From: Bacteroidia bacterium
GTDB taxonomy: Bacteria > Bacteroidota > Bacteroidia > NS11-12g > UBA9320
NCBI GenBank assembly: GCA_965216465.1
Contig: CBDCFW010000001.1
Span: 319,020 to 383,019, forward strand
Length of the DNA: 64,000 nt
Direction of reading: 5' to 3'
Position numbers and translations under genes: made by a program. This document shows positions 20,416 to 33,100 of the stretch, piece by piece; the stretch's first letter is position 1; each line of letters begins with the position of its first letter. The notes below the pieces were generated by a model. The model was not told where the DNA came from and did not search any database. It saw nothing but the letters and a program-made list of their open reading frames with translations.

Positions 20416-22635
20416 ATGGCATCTACAACACTTAATCCCAAAGGTAAATTTGGCACAGCACCTGTCTTTTTAACCGCCATATCAACTATTCTTGGTGCTA
20501 TAATGTTCCTTCGTTTTGGTTATTCGGTTGGAAGTGTTGGGGTGTATGGAACTATTGCGATTGTTATACTCGGTCATCTCGTTACGATACCTACCGCAAT
20601 GGCCTTGGCAGAAATTGCAACGAATCAAAAAGTTGAAGGGGGCGGCGAATACTTCATCATTTCACGGTCGTTTGGCTTAACCATTGGAGCAGCAATTGGC
20701 ATCGCTCTTTATTTGTCACAGGCAATTAGCGTCGCATTTTATATCATCGCATTTACCGAAGCCTTTGAGCCTGTAATTCACATCATTCGTGAACAATACG
20801 ATTTCATTATAACCAAACAGGCTATTGGTATAGTTTCAGTACTACTCTTAGCTTGGCTTATGTTAACCAAGGGTGCTAGCAGCGGAATGACCTTGCTCTA
20901 TGTTGTTGTGGGAATTTTAGCCGTATCACTTATCGTATTCTTTGCAGGCTCGACTGAGTACACTGGAGGAGAAACCATAGACTTTTTAGAAAACAAAGAC
21001 TTCTTTTATGTCTTTGCCATAATATTTCCTGCATTTACCGGAATGACCGCAGGTGTAGGACTATCCGGCGACCTCAAAGATCCAAAACGTTCCATTCCGA
21101 TTGGTACACTGGCTGCTACCTTAATTGGAATGGTCATCTATGTTTTCATCGCGTTTAAATTGGGTTACTCAGCTTCTGCCGAAGACTTAATGAATTTAGA
21201 AGACAATCAACTTATAATGGCAGATATTGCTGTTTGGCCAATACTTATACCTATTGGATTAGCAGCTGCAACTATTTCATCAGCTTTAGGAAGCGTAATG
21301 GTTGCACCACGTACACTAAACGCAATATCAATTGATAAGATAATTCCGATACCTCGCTTGAACTACTGGCTATCGCGATTAAAGAAAGAGAATGGAGAAC
21401 CTGTTAATGCTTCGTTAATTACGTGCATCATTGCCTTTTTCTTTGTACTCTTTGGAAACGTTAATGTGGTTGCGGAAATCATTTCGATGTTTTTTATGGT
21501 AACCTATGGTTCGATTTGTACCATTTCGTTATTAGAAAACTTTGCTTCAAATCCTGGTTACCGCCCAGCGTTTAAATCAAGATGGTACATCTCACTTTTA
21601 GGTGCAATTATGTGTGTATGGCTGATGTTTAAAATCAACTCATTTTATGCAGTAATCGCAATTCTAATCATGACATCCATCTACCTGATACTTAATCAGT
21701 ATCATAAAAAAGGAGATATGGCAGCGATATTCAGCGGCGTGATTTTTCAAATTAGTCGTAACCTTCAAGTTTTTCTGCAAAAACGAAAAGGAAATGCAAC
21801 AGATCATTGGCGTCCTTCGGTAGTTGCCATTTCAAAAGATTCGTTCGATCGATTTGCCATATTTGACTTGTTGCGTTGGATATCTCATCGCATTGGATTT
21901 GGGACCTATATTCATCACATCGATGGTTATCTTTCATCGGAAACAATGGCTAAGACCCAAGAAGACTACGATCGCTTGGTCAAAATGACTCAAATATCGG
22001 ATAGCAGTGTTTTTGTCGACACGATGGTAAGTCCCAATTACACAACATCTATTGCTCAAGCTTTACAGCTTCCAGGTATAAGCGGTCAAGCCAACAACAT
22101 GATATTGTTCGAATTCAACAAACATCAACCACAATCTTGTTCCGAAATCGTTCACAATTTAAGTTTAGCCAAGGCCGTAAATTACGACATCTGTTTGCTC
22201 AGCAGCAGCGACAAAGATTTTGGATTCAATGCTGAAATACACTTGTGGATTACTACCAGCGACTATCAAAATGCGAATCTAATGATCTACCTCGCCTATA
22301 TCATTTTAGGCCATCCAGACTGGAATAAAGCAGGTCAGATTAAACTGTTTGCGGTTTATCCTGAGGAAGAAATTGTTACACAACGTGAGAAAATTCAGCA
22401 GATGATCAGTTCCGGTAGACTTCCAATTTCGGCAAATAACATAGAGATCATTCCTAAATCAGAAGGAATCAGTCACAAAGAAGTGATAAACGACAAGTCT
22501 CGAGATGCCGACTTAACAATTGTTGGGTTTAGATATGAATTGGTTAAGCACGAAGGTCCTGATATTTTCATGGGCTACGATAAAGTTGGGAACGTCTTAT
22601 TTGTAAACGCTCAGAAAGAAAAGGAAATCAATTAA
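20416..22635 (+). CDS. APC-superfamily transporter of SLC12 (cation-chloride cotransporter) type
   Basis: [34 protein letters not shown] and [29 protein letters not shown]. Large cytoplasmic C-terminal domain beginning at WRPS. Confidence 0.85.
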   Translation: MASTTLNPKGKFGTAPVFLTAISTILGAIMFLRFGYSVGSVGVYGTIAIVILGHLVTIPTAMALAEIATNQKVEGGGEYFIISRSFGLTIGAAIGIALYLSQAISVAFYIIAFTEAFEPVIHIIREQYDFIITKQAIGIVSVLLLAWLMLTKGASSGMTLLYVVVGILAVSLIVFFAGSTEYTGGETIDFLENKDFFYVFAIIFPAFTGMTAGVGLSGDLKDPKRSIPIGTLAATLIGMVIYVFIAFKLGYSASAEDLMNLEDNQLIMADIAVWPILIPIGLAAATISSALGSVMVAPRTLNAISIDKIIPIPRLNYWLSRLKKENGEPVNASLITCIIAFFFVLFGNVNVVAEIISMFFMVTYGSICTISLLENFASNPGYRPAFKSRWYISLLGAIMCVWLMFKINSFYAVIAILIMTSIYLILNQYHKKGDMAAIFSGVIFQISRNLQVFLQKRKGNATDHWRPSVVAISKDSFDRFAIFDLLRWISHRIGFGTYIHHIDGYLSSETMAKTQEDYDRLVKMTQISDSSVFVDTMVSPNYTTSIAQALQLPGISGQANNMILFEFNKHQPQSCSEIVHNLSLAKAVNYDICLLSSSDKDFGFNAEIHLWITTSDYQNANLMIYLAYIILGHPDWNKAGQIKLFAVYPEEEIVTQREKIQQMISSGRLPISANNIEIIPKSEGISHKEVINDKSRDADLTIVGFRYELVKHEGPDIFMGYDKVGNVLFVNAQKEKEIN

Positions 22636-23357
22636 GACCGAGACCAAGTGTTATACTTTAAAATGCAGTACAGAGCTCTAAACCCGTCCTTCCAGCCAAT
22701 CTTTTTACCTTCTTCATAGGTTCTGCCGTAGTAAGAAATTCCAATTTCATAGAATCGAATACCCGGAATACGCGATGTCTTTGCTGTCACCTCAGGTTCG
22801 AAGCCAAATCGTTTCTCTTTCAGTTTTAAAGATTTAAGATGTTCAGCCCTAAACAACTTGTAACAGGTTTCCATATCAGAAAGATTCAAGTTTGTAAAAG
22901 CATTGCTGATAAGTGTTAAGAACTTATTACCGATGCTGTGCCAGAAAAAGAGAATACGATGTGGCTTCCCTCCCATAAATCGAGAACCATAAACTACATC
23001 GGCATGACCTTCAACTATTGGTTTTAGTAGGTCGTTATACTCGTTAGGATCGTATTCCAAATCGGCATCCTGAATAATGATAAGATCGCCTTTCGCTTCT
23101 TTAATCCCGGTATGCAATGCAGCACCTTTTCCCTGATTTTTTTCATGCTTGTAAAGCGAAATGGGCAGGTCTGGGTTTTCATCTCTGTAAGACTGTAATC
23201 GCTCGTATGAATTATCAGAAGAACAATCATCTACCATTACTAATTCTTTGGTAATTCCTTCAATGAGATTAACCTCCTTAATTTTATTCAAAATGAGATG
23301 GATGGTCTTTTCCTCATTGTATACAGGAATAATGATAGACAGCTTTTTAAATTGCAT
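22632..23357 (-). CDS. GT2 glycosyltransferase (DPM1/ArnC-like)
   Basis: [42 protein letters not shown] and [11 protein letters not shown]. Confidence 0.92.
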   Translation of the reverse strand: MQFKKLSIIIPVYNEEKTIHLILNKIKEVNLIEGITKELVMVDDCSSDNSYERLQSYRDENPDLPISLYKHEKNQGKGAALHTGIKEAKGDLIIIQDADLEYDPNEYNDLLKPIVEGHADVVYGSRFMGGKPHRILFFWHSIGNKFLTLISNAFTNLNLSDMETCYKLFRAEHLKSLKLKEKRFGFEPEVTAKTSRIPGIRFYEIGISYYGRTYEEGKKIGWKDGFRALYCILKYNTWSRS

Positions 23358-23398
23358 TGCGGTGCAAATTAAGTTCATTTTCGAATAAATTTGATGCC

Positions 23399-24055
23399 GT
23401 GAAATTGTATCCTACAAAAACTGGCGAAAACACGCTCTACATCCCCGAATTGGATGAAACTTATCACAGTAGAGACGGTGCAATTTCTGAAGCTCTGCAT
23501 GTATTCATTATAGAAGGATTGCAACGCAATTTTCAGCATGGCGAAGTCACAAATATTCTAGAAATCGGATTTGGAACAGGACTAAATGCTCTGGTTACAG
23601 CAATAGAAGCAGAAAAAGAGCAGAAAAAAATTCACTACATCACTCTGGAGCCCTTCCCTATTGACCAAGAATTAATAGCTCAGTTGGATTACGGCAAGTT
23701 CGTTAACAATCAAGAATTGTATGCTAAAATTCATGGTTTACCATGGCAATCTGACTGTACAGTAAGCCCTTACTTCACCCTAAAAAAATTGCAGGACAAG
23801 ATTGAACATGTGGCATTAGCTAGCGATCAATTTCATGTTGTCTTTTTTGACGCATTTGGACCAAAGAAACAAGAAGAATTGTGGGAAGCCAGCGTATTTT
23901 CAAAACTTCACAATCTCATGAAAAAAGATGGAGTTCTGGTAACATATTCAGCTGCAGGCCACCTAAAAAGAAAGCTAAAAGCTCTAAATTTTAAGCTATT
24001 TCATCCTCCAGGAGCAAATGGAAAACGAGAAATGACTGTTGCCATTAAACGTTGA
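23399..24055 (+). CDS. mnmD: tRNA mnm5s2U34 methyltransferase MnmD (stand-alone MnmC N-terminal domain)
   Basis: [40 protein letters not shown] and [12 protein letters not shown] start after TAAATTTG (23386-23393). Confidence 0.88.
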   Translation: MKLYPTKTGENTLYIPELDETYHSRDGAISEALHVFIIEGLQRNFQHGEVTNILEIGFGTGLNALVTAIEAEKEQKKIHYITLEPFPIDQELIAQLDYGKFVNNQELYAKIHGLPWQSDCTVSPYFTLKKLQDKIEHVALASDQFHVVFFDAFGPKKQEELWEASVFSKLHNLMKKDGVLVTYSAAGHLKRKLKALNFKLFHPPGANGKREMTVAIKR

Positions 24056-24149
24056 CAATCTGTTCATATCTAGGATTTTTCTTGAAAATTTGGTAACTTT
24101 CGGCCTTTGGCACTTTGCCAATTAGACCTAACGACTAACCTTAAAACCT

Positions 24150-27100
24150 ATGGGACACCTACAAAAGGGGCTTTTGAAGTGTTGCTTCAGCTTATTATTT
24201 ACTCTATTTTTCTCATCATCTTATGCTCAACTTTCTGGTAGTTATTTAATTGATCCAGGAGGTTCTGGAGACTTTCTAACTTTTACCGAAGCGGTCGACA
24301 GCCTTAAATCGCAAGGCGTGTCTGCAGCTGTAACTATTGAAGCTAAGGCCGGGACTTACAATGAGCAATTCCGAATTAATGAAATTGCAGGGGCATCCAG
24401 CACTAACACCATCACTTTCGTTTCTGAAACTAGCACAGCATCCGATGTTATCATTTCGTTTGCAACTATTTCATCGAGTAATTATGTGGTTTATTTAGAT
24501 AGTGCAAAGCATGTTCGCTTCGAAGACCTGACCATTACTTCGCTTGGTAGCAGTTATACGACTACTGTGTTAATGGCAAGACAAATCAAGAATATAACAT
24601 TCGACTCGTGTGTTTTTAACGGCAAGGACATAGTCTCGAGCTCCACAAATTATGCAGTTATTCGAGCTGCATCGTTGAGCCAAGATAGTGCATTTCACTT
24701 GCTTAATTCTCAAATTTCAGAAGGATCTTATGGTTTGTTTTACGACGGTAACAGTTCGAACCGAGCAGATTATGTTCAGGTAAGTGGCAACACATTTACC
24801 GGTCAATCTCAAGATGCAGGGTATTTTCAATATATCGATAGCCTAGATATATTAGAAAACCAATTTAGTTTGGCCGCTGGAAGCAAGGCGATTAATGTTG
24901 ATCGATCTACGGCAGTAAACATTACAAAGAACATTATCCAAAATGATAATGGACCATATGGCATTTATCTCACCAGCAACCCGGGAACAGCTTCGAAGCA
25001 TATTAAAATTGTAAATAACAGTATAAGTGTTAACCGAAATTCTACCTGTCACGGTATTTATCTGTACGCAACCGATTATACAGATATCAGTTTCAACAGT
25101 ATTCTAATGGGTACTAGTTCAAATAGTTCATCGAATGCCATATACATTGAGAACTATTGTGAGTACTTAAGCCTGCGAAACAACAACATTTTTGCATCGG
25201 GTTCAGGAAGAGCACTTTTTGTTTACAGTAATTCTCAGGTTTCAACGCTTACTTCTGATTACAACAACTATTTCGCGAGTGGCAGTGTACCCATTTATGT
25301 GAATTTTGGTACATACGCTGGAGCATATCCTGATATTGCTTCTTTCACAGCTGCTACAACTTTAGACAGCAACTCAATTAGCGTAAATCCTTATTTTACT
25401 GCTTTTGGTGACTTACATGCAGCTAATGGATACTTGGATAATGCTGGAATTGCAATCAGTTCAATAACAACTGACATTGATGATGAAGCACGAGCAAATC
25501 CGCCGTGCATCGGATCAGACGAATTTGTTGGACTTGCTTTTACACCTTTAAAGGGAATTTATACTATCGATTCGAACGGAAGTGGCTCACGAAACTTTGA
25601 AAGTTTTACATCTGCTTTAGCCGCACTTGATTCTTTTGGGGTTGACAGTGCCGTTATATTTAATGTTGCTTCTGACACCTTCAACGAAAAGGTTCATATG
25701 AAGGCCATTATAGGGTCATCAGCCGCAAATACCGTAACATTTAGAGCAGCCTCTGGCAATGTTGATGATGTTTTGATTGAAGATTTGGTTTCTTCATCTG
25801 CTAACTACACCTTCTGGATTCAGCATTCGGATCATGTCAGTTTTAGAAACATCACTTTTAAAAAGAACACGGTAACTTATAGCACAGCACTCTTGATTTC
25901 AGGAAATGCATCTCATCTTCAGTTTGATAGTTGCAAGTTTATTGGTTACAATACAACTTCTACAAGTGCTAATTTCTCTACGGTTCGTACTTCTAGTTTA
26001 TCTAATTCAAGCCATTTCACCTTTCAGAATTGTTCATTTATTAACGGAGGAAGAGCCTTAAATCTTGAAGGAGTTAATGGCGGCAAGCTTGACTCTGTAA
26101 CCGTTTTTAACAACTCGTTTACTGATATTGGTTACGCAGGAATGTACCTTAGATATTTAGACGGGGCAGATCTGGATAGCAATGACCATGTAGCAGGCAC
26201 ATGTACTTATGGTATTTACATCGATAACGTAACGGGGTATTTGATAAAGAACAACTCGGTTGAGATCAGCAATGGAGTGCATGGTATTTCTATTAGAAGT
26301 AGCTCTGGATCTGCTTCTGAACACTGCTCCATAATCAACAATAATGTTAGCATTAATAGAAGCAATAATTGTTATGGAATGTATCTTTATAACAGTGACT
26401 ATGTAGACTTTTATTTTAACAGCATCTATTTGGGGGCTTCGACCATTTCTGGGTCAGCTGGTATCTATTTTGACAACTATTGTGAACACTTAATATCAAA
26501 AAACAATTGCATATACAGTGCAGGGTCGGGAAGAGCTATTTACAACTATGGACATAGCACATTCTCAACATTCACCTCGGACCACAACAATTACTATACT
26601 ACTGGCCTTTATGTAATTCGAGTTGATCAAGGAGGTAATTCTGGTTCATATTCTAGCTTGGCTTCATTTATTTCTTCAACGAATAAAGACAGCAATTCGC
26701 TTACAGTAAATCCTTACTACACGGCTTTTGGCGATTTGCATGGTGCCAATCCGTATTTGGATAATGCAGGTACCGCCATTTCAGGCATTTCTACAGATTT
26801 TGAAGGCGATGCTCGTTCAACGCCTCCATGTATCGGAGCCGACGAATTTATTGCCACACCAATTGTTCCAATGAAAGGAACATACACCATTGATTCTGCA
26901 GGATCTGGAGTTCGAAACTTCTTGAGTTTTACCAAAGCGGTGGCAGCTTTAGACACCTTTGGAATTGATAGTGCGGTTGAATTTGTTGTGGCTACAGACA
27001 CCTTCATTGAGAAAGTAAAACTTACTCAAGTGAATGGAACATCAGAACAAAATACCATAACATTCAGGTCTGCCTCTGGAAATGCTGCGGATGTTATGAT

Positions 27101-30100
27101 TGAAGACTTGGTTTCTTCTTCTGCCAACTATACTTTCTGGATTCAAAACGCGGATCATATTGTATTTAAAAACATCACCTTTAAGAAGAATACTGCAACC
27201 TATAGCACAGCACTTTACATTTCCGGAAATGTAAATTATCTGACCTTAGATTCTTGTCAATTTATCGGTCGAACTACCACAAGTTCGAGTGTGAATTTTA
27301 GCGTTCTACGAACTGCAAGCCTTGCAAACAACAACCATTTTACGATCACAAACTGTTCGTTCGAAAATGGTTCTAACGGAATGTACTTGAGCGGTTCAAG
27401 CACAACAAGTAGATTAGACTCTGTTGTCATTGCTAATAACACATTTTCGAGTTTTTATTATACGGGTATGCACATTCGCTATTGTGGTGCCGTTACAGCA
27501 GATAGTAACACGCTATCTACTTCGTCAACTTCTTATGGCATATTCTTTAATAATGTACGTAACTATACCGTAAAGAGAAATACCGTAGTAATTACCAACG
27601 GAGCACATGGCATTAGTCTTCAAAGTAGTTCAGGAACTGGCGGAGAGCGATGTTATGTATTCAACAACTCGGTAAGCGTCAATAGAACAAATACTTGTCA
27701 TGGTTTCTATTTATACAATTCAGATTATATAGACCTGGACTTTAATAGTGTTTATGTCGGCTCTTCAACGAATAGTTCTTCAACAGGATTTTATATGGAT
27801 ATTTATTGTGAATTTAATGAATTGCGAAATAACAATATCTATAACTCATCAGCGGGATTAGCTTACAGAAACTACGGAAATACAACCTTTTCTACTTCAA
27901 ACTCAGATTATAACAACTTCTATACTGCTGGTGCTAACGTTGTTTATATCCAAGCTGGAGGATTTGCTGGATACTATGCTGATTTAGCTACTTATCAAGC
28001 TGCGACTACCCAGGACAGTAACTCAATTCGCGTTATACCATACTATACTTCATTCGGCGACCTCCATGCGAGCAACCCTTATCTTGATAATGCAGGTATA
28101 GCTATTTCAGGAATAACAACAGACTTTGAAGGAGAAGTACGAAGCGACCCTCCTTGTATTGGTGCTGATGAGTATGATGTACCTCCAATTGTTCCAATGA
28201 AAGGAATATATACAATCGACTCAGCCGGTTCTGGTTCGCGTAACTTCTTAAGCTTTACTGAGGCAGTTGCTTCCTTAGATACTTTTGGAATTGACAGCAA
28301 TGTCGTATTTGTTGTAGCTTCAGATACATTTATTGAGAAAGTTAAGTTAACAACTGTAAATGGGGCGTCAGCAGCAAACACCATCACCTTCCGCTCAGCA
28401 AGCGGAAACGCAGATGATGTTCTTGTTGAAGATTTGGTTTCTTCTACCGCAAACTACTCCTTCTGGATTGAACATGCTGATTATATCACGTTCAAAAATA
28501 TATCGTTCAAGAAAGATGTAGCAACCTATAGCACAGCACTTTTACTCTCAGGAAGCGTTACAAACCTCACCTTCGATTCATGTAAGTTTATCGGACGCTC
28601 TACTACCAGCACTAGCAACAATATGGCTGTATTTAGAACATCGAGCATGGCCAATAACAGCAACCTTGTTATCACAAACTGCACATTTGAAAATGGTTCG
28701 AATTCTATGTATTTATTCGGGGCAAGTACTAGTGACAGGATTGATACTGTTAATCTATCAAACAATACATTTCTAAATTTCAGAAATGTAGGAATTTTTA
28801 CTGCGTACATCAAAGACTTTGTAGTTGAATCTAACTCAATTTCTACAACCATCGGAAACTATGCGGTGAGATTGGAAAACATGAATCACTTCATATTCGC
28901 TCAGAACGACATTACCAGCAACTCAATGGATTATGGTTTATTCATAACTTCATGTAACGCTACATCTGGCAATCACAACTTAATTTACAATAACAGCGTT
29001 AGCTTAAATAACTCTACAACATGCCATGGCATGTATATTTACAATTCAGATTATTCTGACTTCTTCTATAACAGCGTTTATATGGGGTCAAGTGCAAATT
29101 CAGCTTCGAATGGACTGTATATTGACATCTATACCGAAAATATTGTATTGAAAAACAACTCCATTTATTGCAATGGACCTTCTCGAGCAATTCGAAATTA
29201 TGGAGGATCGACATTAACAACGCTACATTCTGACTACAACAACTGGTTCACCAACGGATCCGTTTTGATTTATGTGCAAACCGGTGGTAATGCTGCTTCA
29301 TATTCAGATTTGTCAGCATATCAGCTTGCCACAAGTCTTGATTCAAATTCTGTAAGTGTAAACCCCTACTATACAGCTTTTGGAGACTTACATGCGAGCA
29401 ACCCTTACCTCGACAATGCAGGAACAGACATACCTTCAGTAACTTCTGACTTCGATGGAGACGGAAGATCTGACCCACCATGTATTGGGGCAGATGAATT
29501 TGCAGTCCCTCCAATTGTTCCATTATCTGGAGATTACACCATTGACTCAAGCGGTATAGGTGCAACAAACTTTTTAAGCTTTACCGACGCATTTGCAGCC
29601 CTAGACACGTTCGGCATTGATGGAGTTGTGCGCTTCTTAGTTGCTAGCGATACGTTTAACGAACAGCCTGCCCTTAATCGTGTAAATGGCTCATCACCGT
29701 CAAACACCATTACTTTCTTATCTGCAAGCGGCGATAATGATGTTTTAGTAAATACAGATGCGGCAACAAGCTCTAATAATTATACGATGAGCATAACACA
29801 TGCTGATTATATTGCTTTCAAGCACATCAATTTTAAAAACTCTACAAGTGCTAACTACAATACAGTGATGTATTTAGGGGGTACGGTATCCAACTTAATT
29901 ATAGACTCTTGCAACTTTACAGGTAAAAGCACTACATCTACAGGCGATGCGTATAACCTCATTCACGCACAGCTCAACACCGACAGTGTAAATGTCATAC
30001 GCAATTCAAATTTCTACAATGGGTCGCGAGCAATAAGATATTATAGTGCTGGAACTTCAAACCGAGGTCAAAACATCACGTTTCAAAATGACTCTGCATT

Positions 30101-33100
30101 CGATTTTAGCTATACCGGTATTCAAGTATACTACGTGCATAATCTAGATGTTTCAAACTGCTATTTCAGTACATCGGTATCAGGTTCAAGAGGAATAACC
30201 ATCGACCAAGGGGCAAGGTTTACTTTCTCTAAAAACAAAATATGGCTGCAGAATGGCTCACGAGGAATTAAAGTATACTCCAGTGACGGAACGTCATCAG
30301 CAAGAAGTTTAATTGCAAATAACTTCATCTATAGCAATAACACATTTACCTACGGTATAGACAATCAGTATTGTGATTATTTGGATGTATATCACAACAG
30401 TGTTTATCTCGGTGCAAGTACAAATAGTAACTCCATATGCAACTACGTGTACACCGTTAATAATGTGAACAATCACAACAACATTTTTATGAATAGTGGT
30501 ACAGGGCGAGCTCTATATTTGCAAAGTCCGGGTGGAGTAGCTTCAGACTACAATGACCTCTTCACTAATGGAACAAATCTTTGTGCAACAAGCTCAACAA
30601 ACTATACCACCCTCGCTGCGTGGATTACTTTTGGTAAAGATTCAAACTCACTTAACGTTGATCCTAGCTTCGTTTCTACTTCCGACCTTCATGCATCGAC
30701 TACAGACTTATACAACGCTGGTAAGGAATCTGTGCGAACTGTTGTTCCTGACGATATAGACGACGATTTAAGAAGCGTAAACAAACCCTGTTTGGGTGCC
30801 GATGAGTTTACCCCATTTTTTGCTCATGACGTTTCTATTTACAACCTAATAACACCAACTACTGAATGTGGTTTAACTAAAGTTCCTATACGTGTCGAAA
30901 TTAAAAACACTGGAAACTCGTCTGAAGATACCATTCCGTTAGCCTACAGCTTGAACGGAGGCAGCATTGTAATCGACACGATGTTCACTAACATTGGTCC
31001 AAATGCTACCGCAACTTTTGAATTCCCTGACTCAATTGATGTAACAGGGTTAAGCACGTTTGACTTCAAGATTTACACTTCCTTAAGCACAGATGGAAAT
31101 AGTGCAAATGATACCAGCGATGCCACTTATACAAATCATAGTGCTTGGACCCATACGCTAACAAACGATACCTCTATTTGCTACGGAAGCAACATCATTC
31201 TTCAAGCAACAGGTGCGAATTATTTTACTTGGAGCAATGGCCGAACAACGAGCTACAATAGCGTTAATATTTATGGAGATGTCAGCTATTCCGTAATTAT
31301 GGAAAATCTGCTTGGATGCTTGCGATACGACACGGTTAACATTACGGTTAAATCTAAGCCTAGCTTAACCTTTACAGGCGAAACAGGTTTTTCAAATTCA
31401 TTTACAGACCCTGATGTTGCAACCTCGTCTACGCCAATAACATTTAAAGTTAAATACACGCATAGTGAAAATTCTGCTCCATCTTCAGGATACCCATATG
31501 CTCAATTGGATAGAAACAACAACTATGTTTTCAATGACTTTACCGATTTATCTTACGGTACAATAGAAGAAGATGCCGACGATACGGATTATACTGACGG
31601 AAAAATCTACTTGGTAACCACAACCTTGCCAGAATATGACTTTTACCGAACCAGATTCTATGCAGAAAGTGAAAATGGATGTATGAGTGCCTCATCTTAC
31701 CGATCTGAACCACTTATCGACAACGACTTGGTTGATTTGAAGATTTGGGCTAATGACATCTCATTCTCAGATATTAATCCAGACACCAATGAGATTATCT
31801 CTATTTCAGCAACCATACACAACACATCAAATTATGATGCAGAAAGCTTTGATGTACGTATGTATGAAGAGGATACCCTGAGATACACCACCCAAGTAAC
31901 TCGACTTCTTGCCAACACAGATACTACCATTACCTGGTATCATTCATTCCCAATTGATGAGTTCTACCCTATTCGAGTTGTTGTAGACACATTAGATGCA
32001 ATCGAAGAAGATAATGAAGGAAATAATTTTGCAATACGTCCTGTTTTGGTTGGAGATTTTGCTCTATCCGCTTCAATTATCTTTAACGCCAACTTTACAG
32101 ATACTACACCATGTAAAGGAACTTATTTGTCTTACTCTGGAACTGCAAATTACGACAGTGTAGCTAGCTCAGACACGAGGGTACAAGGAGCTACTATTGA
32201 GTTTGAGATTAACGAAACAGGTGCAAAGTATCAAACCTATACGAACTCAAATGGAGAAGCTTCATTAAGTTTCCGAGCGCCAACCGCAACCGGAACTTAT
32301 ACGATTAGTGGTACTATTACAGACTATACGCTTATTTCAACCTTTGAAGATACATTTACAGTTGTCGATTGCTACAACCCTTACGACATCATGGCAACTA
32401 TAGAATTTGACAGTACGGTAGTTGTGCAAGGTGATAGCAGTAATGGTATGGCAACCATTAAAAATATTGGTGATTCAACGGTAAGAGATTTTGCAACAAA
32501 GGCTTTCTCTAACTTCCATGGTCAACTGTTTGATACAACCTTGGCCGAGTTGAAACCAGACTCAAGTATTACTATTCCACTTAAACAGATATTCACAACA
32601 ATAGGAACCTATGCTGCTCAAATACACACGGATTATACGCACAAGTATTCGGAGCGATCGGAAAGCAATAACTACGACGTGCATTATGTTAAAGTGTTGA
32701 ATCCTTTACCCGATATACAACCGGTAATACACCATCGCTACACGAGTAATCTTAACACTCCGTACAATTTGGCGTACACGATTTACAATCACGGTGGGTC
32801 GTCGACAGGTCTGTTTTATGTTAACATATTTGATAGCACAAGCTCTGGAAAAGTACTCTTAACACGTGACACTGTACCTAATTTAGGAAGATGTGCTTCG
32901 AAAGGATATGGTCAGACCTACAGTCTCACCCCTTCGGGATGCCACCGCTTAATCGTTGAAGCAGACACCAATGCTTCAAGCGGAGGAATTGTTGTCGAGT
33001 TTGACGAAACTAACAATGAGGATGATATTACCTTATGTCACGTTGACCCAATCCTAACACCAGATCTGTTTACTGCAAGCGGATATTTGGATGTTCAACC

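Noticed and set aside
24107-24121. ttggca-ctt-tgccaa hairpin upstream of the giant gene
   Set aside because: A 6-bp stem is too short to distinguish from chance and has no supporting context.
24228-30815. Recurring DNA motifs as a CRISPR array or diversity-generating retroelement
   Set aside because: The ~1.3-kb period is in frame within one CDS and differences are largely synonymous. There is no spacer structure and no cas or reverse transcriptase gene.
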